Below, in pieces: positions 26,214 to 34,681 of a stretch of 64,000 bases of DNA. This DNA comes from Paramoeba atlantica (lineage: Eukaryota > Protista > Discosea). Both the position numbers and the translations under genes were made by a program. Each line of letters opens with the position of its first letter. The first letter of the stretch is position 1. The notes beneath the pieces were generated by a model, which searched no databases, was not told the origin of the DNA, and worked only from the letters and a program-made list of their open reading frames with translations. Where the stretch lies: assembly GCA_977017575.1 (NCBI GenBank), contig CDRNVI010000021.1, positions 434,001 through 498,000 on the forward strand, written 5' to 3'.

Positions 26214-26533
26214 GGATGACACTGAACACATGTTGATGCAACGGGTCTGAATCTCCACAAGGGTAATCGTCGGGTTCTCTCTCTGTCCCCGTGAATCATT
26301 TCTGTGCGCAATTTCTTTCGTATGAGTCTTGAGTTGCTTCTCTGGTATCATACTAGCGCTTGAAACATTCCGCCGTTTGGAGAAAACAATTGACCTATGA
26401 ATCAACTCTTCGTAAGAAAACTATAATGCGCTCATAAGCAATACATCACGTCTTCTTTGTCCATTCACTCATTCGTAACAACTACTATTTTTTGAAAGAA
26501 CTCTTATTACTTTTCTCTCTTATTCCTATCACT

Positions 26534-26932
26534 ATGGCTACCCCGAAGAGCAGCAAGAAGGCGAAGAGCACCAAGAGCAGCCAGAAGAGCCGTGGCGCGA
26601 AGACGGGTCTGATCTTTCCCGTGGGCCGCATCGGCTCCATGCTCCGCCGTGGACGCTACACCAAGCGTGTGGCCTCCGCCGCCCCGGTGTACCTCGCCGC
26701 TGTGTTGGAGTACCTCACTGCCGAGCTTCTCGAGCTCTCCGGTAAGGTTGCGGGCCAGCACCACAAGAAGCGTATTACCCCTCGTGCCGTCACACTCGCC
26801 GTCCGTCACGACGAGGAGCTTTCTCAGCTGCTAAGCAACGTCACCTTCACTCAGGGCGGCGTACTTCCCAACCTTCACGACATGCTCAAGAAGAAGAAGG
26901 CATCCCGCAAGGCGAGCAGCCAACAGGTGTAA
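26534..26932 (+). CDS. H2A: Histone H2A, unit 10 (T13)
   Basis: As unit 1. Confidence 0.98.
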   Translation: MATPKSSKKAKSTKSSQKSRGAKTGLIFPVGRIGSMLRRGRYTKRVASAAPVYLAAVLEYLTAELLELSGKVAGQHHKKRITPRAVTLAVRHDEELSQLLSNVTFTQGGVLPNLHDMLKKKKASRKASSQQV

Positions 26933-27259
26933 GGTGCAATGAGTGCGTTATAATACGTTGTCCCGCGTCACGTCACACAATCGGTACCCTTGTGAGATCC
27001 TTCTAGCATGGTGCTTCCCTTTCTTATGCACCATCCTAGGCATGTATTGACATGTACCTTGGCTCAGTAGAGCTACATTTTGTGAAGTTTCGGCGGATGC
27101 AATCAACGACATTACGCATATCATACTAGGATACTGGTGGAGTATCGCGTGGGTGATACTTACCACGGTTCTTAATACATCTAAAACTTAAACCGTTCAT
27201 TACGTAACCTCAATTCTTCACCCTTATCCTTCTTTTTCTCCTACTCTACTTTATAACAC

Positions 27260-27586
27260 ATGGCGAAAGCAGCTAAAGTCGCAAAGAAGAGCTCTGGTCA
27301 CCGCAAGTCCAAGAAAACCTTCAACACCTACATCTACCGCACCCTGAAGCAGATCCACAAAAACGTGGGATTCAGTAGCAAAGGGATCAAAGTTGTGAAC
27401 TCTTTCGTGCAAGACATCTTTGAGCGCCTTGCCGTCGAGGCAGCCTCCCTCACGCGCTTCAACAAGACCAAAACGTTGACTTCCCGCGAAGTACAAACCG
27501 CAGTGCGCCTGACTCTTCCCGCGGAGCTCGCAAAGCACGCAATGGCTGAGGGCACGAAGGCTGTCGCCAAGTTGGCCTCCCACTAA
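27260..27586 (+). CDS. H2B: Histone H2B, unit 10
   Basis: Protein identical to unit 1. Confidence 0.98.
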   Translation: MAKAAKVAKKSSGHRKSKKTFNTYIYRTLKQIHKNVGFSSKGIKVVNSFVQDIFERLAVEAASLTRFNKTKTLTSREVQTAVRLTLPAELAKHAMAEGTKAVAKLASH

Positions 27587-27911
27587 ATGCTGTGTGGTTC
27601 GACCAGGTAGCATGCAGAGGTGCAGCATCCGATCGTCATGAACTTTGTTGTAAAAAATGTTATTCAAACGTACAAAGCCGTCGTGTTCACTATTAAGGTA
27701 TACTTAGCAGTGAGTTTCATTCTGTGACGGACAAGTACGATTTACACTGTATTCATGACCTTATGAGAATGTATGCATGCACCGGCTCCATCTTATGTGA
27801 GGTACATTCTTGATATTGCTCGCCCCTCTTTTCAAAATTTATTGTGACAAACCGAAGAAACCTGTTCTATTGAAAACCAGACATTTTTACTATCTATCCT
27901 CATTTTCACTC

Positions 27912-28340
27912 ATGGCTCGCACCAAGGAATCGTCTCGTAAGTCTACGGGGAAGGTACCACGCGCCGGTCTCGCCTCCAAGGGCAAGAAGACAAGCTCTTC
28001 CAAGGCGAAGAAAGCGTCCAGCGGCTCCAGTGGCACCAAGAAGCCCCACCGCTTTCGCCCGGGGACCGTTGCCCTCCGTGACATCAAAAAGTACCAGAAG
28101 GGCACTGAACTTCTCCTCCGCAAGCTTCCCTTCCAGCGTCTGGTCCGTGAGATTGCTCTCAGCGGCAAAGATGGTCTGCGTTTCCAAGCCAGCGCCGTCC
28201 TCGCCATGCAGGAGGCAACGGAGGCCCACATGGTCAACTTGTTCGCGGACACCTGTCTGTGCGCTATCCACGGTCGCCGGGTAACCATCATGCCGAAGGA
28301 CGTCCAGCTCGCCCGCCGTCTCCGCGGCGAACGCTTCTAA
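27912..28340 (+). CDS. H3: Histone H3, terminal partial unit 11 (V21A variant)
   Basis: RAGLASKG instead of RAGLVSKG, with extra synonymous changes; no H4 follows. Confidence 0.97.
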   Translation: MARTKESSRKSTGKVPRAGLASKGKKTSSSKAKKASSGSSGTKKPHRFRPGTVALRDIKKYQKGTELLLRKLPFQRLVREIALSGKDGLRFQASAVLAMQEATEAHMVNLFADTCLCAIHGRRVTIMPKDVQLARRLRGERF

Positions 28341-29068
28341 GCGTTTGTGAAAACTATTGAGTTCGGGAAGCCTCGCATACCCACTACGACAGCAACGATC
28401 TGAGGTTCTTTGTGCATTTCCTTCATTTTTGCACAAAGCCTTAATATGCTTTCTATGACATTAATGTTATTTGTAGTATCGGGTATAGAATGAATGCTTC
28501 ACCTCCCATTTCCTCAACATAGACCACAGCGGCGTCGTGGGGCAAAACACACGCACACTGTGTGCGACGCTCCACAAACGAAATGGTTGTGTATTATGAC
28601 GGATCTTGGCGCTCGTACGTAGTTTCTTTTTATCGTACTTTAGATTTTTTAGTCTTTTAATCTTTTGGAGAACAGACCCCGCAACCGGCTCCTCTTCCCC
28701 ATCTCTCTGACCTGCTCTCTATCTACCGGATCTCTGACAACATCTTTCAGAACCACCCCCCAAAGTATCCTTCTGAATAGACGCCCCTCCCTTGGACTAA
28801 ATTGACACATTTTCGTCGTACGAGACAAACTTGAACATCTTCCGTCAATAAACCCAAAGTCATAATTTTTACCACACTTAATATCCTCAGAAGCCCAAAC
28901 GGACTTCGAAGACGAATTCCGGCTCCTTACTAGGACAACCGCATACTGTACTCTGTGCGTAATTTAGGAAGTCTAAATGAAGAATTTCAATTCTCGGCAT
29001 AGGGAGAAAAAGACTTTTCCATCTCGTAAACGTTCTTGCATCTTCTTCGAACACCAATACTCGATACA

Positions 29069-29325
29069 CGGACAAACCCAACTACCTGCCACAAGGACTA
29101 ACCCCTTTCCTTCGCACAGGGACCAACCCCATTCCGTAACACAGGGACAGGCTTTATTCATTGACACCGAGACGAACCCCATTCTTTGACATAGGGACAA
29201 ACCCTATTCCGTAACACAGGGACAAACCCCATTCCTTGACACAGGGACAAACCCCATTCCTTGACACAGGGACGAACCCTATTCCTTGACACAGGGACAA
29301 ACCCCATTCCTTGACACAGGGACTA
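29069..29325. repeat. 25-bp minisatellite, about 10 copies (consensus gggacaaaccccattccttgacaca)
   Basis: Unit starts at 29069, 29094, 29119, 29144, 29169, 29194, 29219, 29244, 29269, 29294, and a partial at 29319. Right-hand copies are near-identical and left-hand copies are degenerate. Confidence 0.95.
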
Positions 29326-29801
29326 CAGCTGGACTACAGCCTGACATGTATTGCGCATCAAGGTCAAGTCCGCTTTTCAACGTAGAACTCTAGCGTCAGT
29401 CTGAGTGTTCCAGAGTGTTCCAGCTTGCCCAGATACCAAGAATCTGGTTCTATGACTTGGTTGACTTCCTCCCTCCTCCTCCGGTTGCAAGAACCGGTGC
29501 CAGGCTTGGGACTGGCTTGCGGAGTTACGGAAGTCACATGAGAGCAGTGTGAAGTATTTTTTTAGTTTTTACTGCATTTTGCGAATCAGTTGCACTGTTC
29601 AGTAGCATTTTTACTATCTTTTGGATAAATGGAAAAAAAAGTTTTATAGTAAAAAAAAGTATAAAAGGTACTTTAAAGTAACTTTCATCCACTGAAAAAG
29701 ACTTTTTTTTACAGCAGCAAGAAAAATAGTCACTGTTTGCTTTTCGTTCTGACGAAAGACTTTGACTGAAGTCGCGCCCACTGGAGCTAAAGTTTTCCCC
29801 T

Positions 29802-30731
29802 TCAATTCGCCGTCGACGATAACGCTTGTTTCATCTCCGAAAAAAACATAACTGCACTGTCGAACATCGTGCTGCGAGTACTGATGATGCGACCATCATC
29901 TTCTACGTTGATCAATATCTGACGGTGTGATCGCTTGAGTTTTTCCAAACTTTCGCCAAGTTCATCCAAACACGTAACGAAAGTGCTTATACGCTCTTTC
30001 TTTTGCCTTTTCACTCAGTCCTTCCCAAAATACTCCATGTTCACTCATTAACTGGAGCACCCTATCCCGAGTGGTAGGACTATGACAATTCAACAGACCG
30101 AGAAGGGTTTCATGAACCTTTGTCATAGAATCTTGTCGCGAGCTATTGAAAGCTCGCTCACGCTTCCGGTTGCTACCTCCACAATTCATTCTTGATTGAT
30201 ATTCTTTTTCTCCGACTCGCTTTATTTTCCGTACGGTCTTCTCGGCAACACTATACGACTTCGCAACTTTTGATACGGAAGACGAAGAACGACACACGGA
30301 CAACTTGTCTTGCACTGACAAGTGCTTTCTGCGGTGTGTTGATGGGGGAACAAAGGGAGGGGGAGAGGGACGTGCTGAAAGAGAATTTTCGGAGAGAGAG
30401 ATGCCAGGTTCTTGTCCGGAAGCAAAAGGTCCGATTACACGTGATACACGAGCCACTGGAGTTCGCGAAACAATCCAATTGCTTAACGGTTCACGTGGCA
30501 CCAAATCCTCCCGAGAATTCATGGGGCAATAATTTTCAGAAGTTTTCTATAGTTCCTAAACAAGGTATTGCTGCTTTTTAATACGTATTTGCACCGGAAA
30601 AAAAAGCCGCCGCTTCGCGGCGGATTTCACAAAAAAGAATTCCTCCACCCTAAAAAAAACTGACTTTTTAGACAAAATAGGCTTATTAAAGGGGGGACGC
30701 GTAGCCCTATTAAATAGGGGGGATGGTAGTA
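29802..30731 (-). mobile_element. Degenerate pogo/Tc1-mariner-like DNA transposon remnant, one end visible
   Basis: The HTH ORF reads inward from a TA-flanked end (reverse complement TA-CTACCATCCCCCCTAT), which resembles the TIRs at 40718-40968. Subterminal repeats tattaaa(ta)gggggga. The overlapping frame 29802-30014 has QILINVEDDG, weakly like the pogo QIFNxDETG motif. Confidence 0.5.
29962..30522 (-). CDS. CENP-B/pogo-type HTH (HTH_psq-like) protein, probably a truncated transposase N-terminus (186 aa)
   Basis: RRKHLSVQDKLSVC...SVSKVAKSYSVAEKTVRKIKR fits the CENP-B_N pattern (RK.L..EK+.I...S...A+.Y.+...TV..I.+). A possible second helical DNA-binding block follows. Confidence 0.6.
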   Translation of the reverse strand: MNSREDLVPREPLSNWIVSRTPVARVSRVIGPFASGQEPGISLSENSLSARPSPPPFVPPSTHRRKHLSVQDKLSVCRSSSSVSKVAKSYSVAEKTVRKIKRVGEKEYQSRMNCGGSNRKRERAFNSSRQDSMTKVHETLLGLLNCHSPTTRDRVLQLMSEHGVFWEGLSEKAKERAYKHFRYVFG

Positions 30732-30903
30732 TATTTTTTGCGCCGTTATATCCTAGCGTCTGTCACCCATTGATCCCCCTAATTATCTGTCGCCTATTTG
30801 ACCATGCTACAACATGTACGTACAAAACGTATGTACACAAAATTGCCTATGATTCTGCTTTCAAAAAAAATCCTTGTTTTCTCAAACTATTCCAACGGTG
30901 TAC

Positions 30904-33531
30904 ATGCCCGTACGCAAACGTCCACATTGCACCGCAAATACTTTGGTCAGCGAAGACATAATGCGAGAAATCAGCGCACGTATACATACTATTGAACCTC
31001 GTACATGTACGCCTACACCACTCGAACGTCAATATATTACTTTGAAACAGCAAAATAAAGATACTATCCTCCTCGTGGAGTGTGGATACAAGATGATACT
31101 CTACGGACGAGATGCTGAAATAGCCTCAAAGCATTTGCGCATTATGTGCATTTTAAAAGAAGGTGCTATTTTTCACACAGCTAGTGTACCGGTGTTGCGA
31201 ACTTACCATCACGTTGCCAAACTCGTTTATTTAGGCTTCAAGGTGGGTATTGTGCGTCAAACAGAAACGGCACATGGACGAGCTGAAGAGGGAGGGAAAG
31301 GACTTTTTGAACGTTCATTATGTGAAGTATACACGATGGGGACTTGGATACTATGTCCAGAGTTTTTTACAGAAACCAAAGCTCATTCCGAAACGCTCCA
31401 TCGCATAGTTATTGTGTCCGAGTTTAGTAGGATCATTGTTTGGACATCATTATGGGAAAATCGTGAACCTCTCATGGAATGGTGTCATTTTAGCGATGAT
31501 ATTGAACTTGAGAGTCTTTTATGTAAATTGGAGGCATCAGATTTGCTATTGTCTCATGATACGTCCAATGCGAGACTGAATTGGTATCAAACATTTTTAA
31601 GCATTAATCGTGGGATAAATTGCGATGATGCAAGTGGTCACGTTTATTTGGGCTGGTTTCAAGACATAACCATTGACGACCGATTATTAGCTTCAGATGG
31701 TACAATGGGATGCCCGCTAGATATAATGAATGCGCCAAGCATAGGTGTGTACTTGAACAAGCTAAATGAGTATTTAGAACCGTTAACTAAACAGACTGCG
31801 TTGGTCAAAAATATTAGGAAAGCAATTCCAACTGGATCTTTCGTCAACCTTTCTATTGACACAGTTCGACAACTTGAAATTTTTCAGAGTACTGAATGTG
31901 ACACCAAACTTAGTTTGTGGAACTACCTGCATCATACGGCGACTGCTTTTGGTACAAGACAATTACGCAAGTGGATTTTGAATCCAACTCGGGACCCTAC
32001 TACTTTAAATCAACGTTATGGCACGGTAGAATTTTTTCTTACAAATAAGGAAATTTGCGAGGCTGCTACTCAATGTTTTCTGGATCCTCTTCGTGTACAA
32101 GATTTGGAGGCTCAGCTTCAACGTATTGCTAGCGCAAGATGTTCTATTACTCACCTATTTTCTTTCTTGAGAAGCATGATGCAATTTCAGAAATTACCTC
32201 AACTACTTGAATCTGTTTCGAACCGTCTTTGCTTTGAGCTTGAAGATGTATCTGCCGGACTGGTTGTTGCAGAAGTCATCTTAAATGAGCACTCAGTTCA
32301 AGATTGGAAAGAAGGCAAACCCTCGGTTCTTTTTCAAGATGTGCCGAACGAAGAAGCAAAAAAAGTACAGGATCTTGAACGGTATCTTCTTAACGATCAT
32401 GCGACAGACATTTGCGCAGTTCTTGGTCAACCGCGATCGCGTTTTTCTTATAGAACGGTGGCCGACGTGACGTGGCTTATTGAAGTTCCTCATGAAATGG
32501 AATCACAAATACCGGTTGATTGGATTTTAGAATCTAGAACGAAATCATTAACTCGATACCATACAAAGACGATAAAATCGTACATGAACAAGATAGCGTG
32601 GGCAAAAGAAAAGGCGGAAGTATTCTACCGCACGAAGTGGGTAGAAAAATTGTAGTTAATTTCCCAGTCCTATTACAGCACCCTACAGAAAACTATCAGA
32701 GCTCTGGGAATATTAGACTCAATATTCAGTTTAGTTTGCGTTTCCTCAAGAGGAGGGAAGTATGTACGCCCTCAAATCTCACAGACTACAGGAATAGAGG
32801 TGAAGAATGGTCGTCATCCAGTTGTAGAACAACTTCGAGGCGAAGCTTACGTGAGTAATTCTGTATCTTTATCAAAGGGCGGATGCTGCATGATGCTCAC
32901 GGGACCGAACACAGGTGGCAAATCGGTATATTTAAAGATGGTTGGCGTACTTTCTCTGCTTGCTCAAATAGGAAGCTTTGTTCCGGCAGAGTGTATGACT
33001 TTTAGTCCGTTCGATGGTATCTATACTCGAATGGGTTCGAAGGATGACGTAAGTAAAATACGCGGAAGATCTACTTTTATGTACGAAATGACAGAAACAA
33101 GCGCCATCATGCGCTCAAGTACAAGTCAATCTCTTGTGCTTTTGGACGAAATTGGTCGCGGTACAAGCACGTTTGATGGGACCGCCGTGGCATATGCCTG
33201 TCTTTCCTTTTTTCTTAAAAAGGGGTGCGTGACGATATTTGTAACTCATTTTACCTATCTACAAGAACTTTGTCCTCCTTGCAGCCTTTCCTGTATGGGA
33301 TACGCGGAGGCTAAAGTGTGTCAAGAAAAGCGAGTGCTAAAAAATGTTCCTGTGGGAATGAAAAAAGATATAGTAATGCAGTATCAAATCAGACCAGGAC
33401 GAGCCGAAAGCTCCTTCGGGCTTAGCGTTGCGCAGTTAGCTGGCCTTCCACAGCAAGTACTGCATTCCGCCGAGTACGCTTCAAGATCATTTCAATATGC
33501 TTCCGAGTTGCGAAATATTCTTTCAAATTAG
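30904..33531 (+). CDS. MSH3: DNA mismatch repair protein MSH3 (MutS-beta), interrupted by one in-frame TAG at 32653-32655; start uncertain (30904 or 30961)
   Basis: TPLERQY...LLVECGYK...DAEIASKHL and KVGIVRQTETA match MSH3 domain I. ORFs 30874-32655 and 32800-33531 share a frame, and the gap translates to MutS-like sequence. Walker A GPNTGGKS; Walker B LDEIGRGTSTFDG. Confidence 0.88.
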
Positions 33532-33660
33532 ATTTATATTTCTATTCTTTTGCAAGTCCCGCTCAAACTCTTGAAAGCTAAAAAGAACTTAAAGGACTTA
33601 AAACTTAAAAGAGTCTTCTGGTCATTCATTTTTTTCGATTTTGGACCACCGGAGCCCCCT

Positions 33661-33735
33661 TTATATATTTTCTTATATTACATTATATATTTTCTTCTAT
33701 TATATTATTTTCTTCTATATATTTTCTTCTATTTG
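33661..33735. repeat. AT-rich low-complexity tandem repeats (tatattttcttcta-like, about 4 copies)
   Basis: ttatatattttcttatatta / ttatatattttcttctatta / tattattttcttctata / tattttcttctattt. Confidence 0.7.
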
Positions 33736-33867
33736 TTATGTAGAAATGGGAATTAAGGAAAATTTCTTTGTGACACGAAATTATTTCCTTAATTAAAGTT
33801 TTCTTAATTCTCGTCTTCCTCAATTTTAGTAAATTAAGTGTTTAAAGAAACGACGGAAATCAATTAA

Positions 33868-34216
33868 ACGGGGGACCGGTTTAGCATACCTGTGACCTGG
33901 TACCATACCGGGGGGGTATGGTATCGTGACCCAGGGTTGATTGTATACCCGCCCCCTGGTTTTTCAGGCAGACAACATGTGATGTCGACTTCTTGTTCGA
34001 GGTGGCCCACGTAGATCATAACCCCTACAGAGCAGTATTCGTTTGTTTTCCTTACTATTTATCGCGTTTTTTCACTTCTATGACTTTTACTGGTGATATT
34101 ATTAGCATCCACCGGTAACTTTTGCCGGTAATCACGTTTTTACAAATTTAGCCAAATAACTTACTATACCTGTGACCTCGTACCATTCCGGGGGGTATCC
34201 TAAACAGGACCCTCGT
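33868..34216. mobile_element. 349-bp MITE-like element with ~27-bp imperfect TIRs, flanked by TTAA
   Basis: Left end ttaaacgggggaccggtttagcatacc vs reverse complement of right end ttaaacgagggtcctgtttaggatacc (23/27). Internal ~33-bp direct repeat at 33886 and 34166. No ORF. Confidence 0.7.
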
Positions 34217-34681
34217 TTAAAGAAAATTCGAAAGAAAAAGCCAGTGGCACGAAATTATTTCCTTAATGGAAGAAGAAGAAGACTCCTTAACTTCCTCAAT
34301 TAAAGTTTTCTTATTTTTAATTTTCTTTGATTTCCGCTTCTACGGTATACTGTATTACTATGTTCCTCTTTATTTTCACTGTTTTTGTTCACTTTTTCTT
34401 CAATAATCGAGGGTAGAGCGGTAGTTATACAACCACCGCAATGTGTCACCTGATCGTTTTACGGATTTTGACCCCCCATATTTTCATGTCACCCCCTGTA
34501 TAACGATGCATTCTTATCGTATCACTATAACGATACGTGTGCGAGCTACAATAAATTCGAAACTTCCATCTTTAAACATGTTTTTCAAAATATATCCATT
34601 TTTACAATAAATTCAGAAACATTCATTTTTACATTTCTTGATTCACTGATTGCCGCTACTAGCTTAGTGAGAGTCCAAGTA

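Larger units (their letters stand above)
1..28650 (+). repeat. Tandem array of H3-H4-H2A-H2B histone gene units (period 2764-2776 bp, mostly 2770 or 2773); 10 full units plus a partial 11th
   Basis: Position 1 matches position 2771 (gcagtgagtttcattctgtg). H3 ATGs at 206, 2976, 5743, 8507, 11277, 14050, 16823, 19596, 22369, 25142, 27912. Homology stops at 28650. The array starts left of the window. Confidence 0.99.

Noticed and set aside
184-28436. Many antisense and alternate-frame ORFs repeated across the histone array (e.g. 184-585, 200-730, 960-1469, 2315-2731)
   Set aside because: They are shadows of C-ending codon bias in histone CDSs, have no recognisable domains, and some vary by indels between units.
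28651-29200. Short ORFs and a ~100-codon open minus-strand frame at the array junction
   Set aside because: No recognisable motif and mutually overlapping frames; may be decayed mobile DNA, but unsupported.
29069-29325. CRISPR-like array
   Set aside because: The units are contiguous with no unique spacers, there are no cas genes, and the context is eukaryotic; it is a minisatellite.
33529-33756. Frame stays open for 74 codons after the MSH3 terminal TAG, hinting at readthrough to TAA
   Set aside because: The extension is low-complexity Y/I/F/L sequence from an AT-rich tandem repeat, MutS homology ends before the TAG, and T-rich repeats can lack stops by chance.
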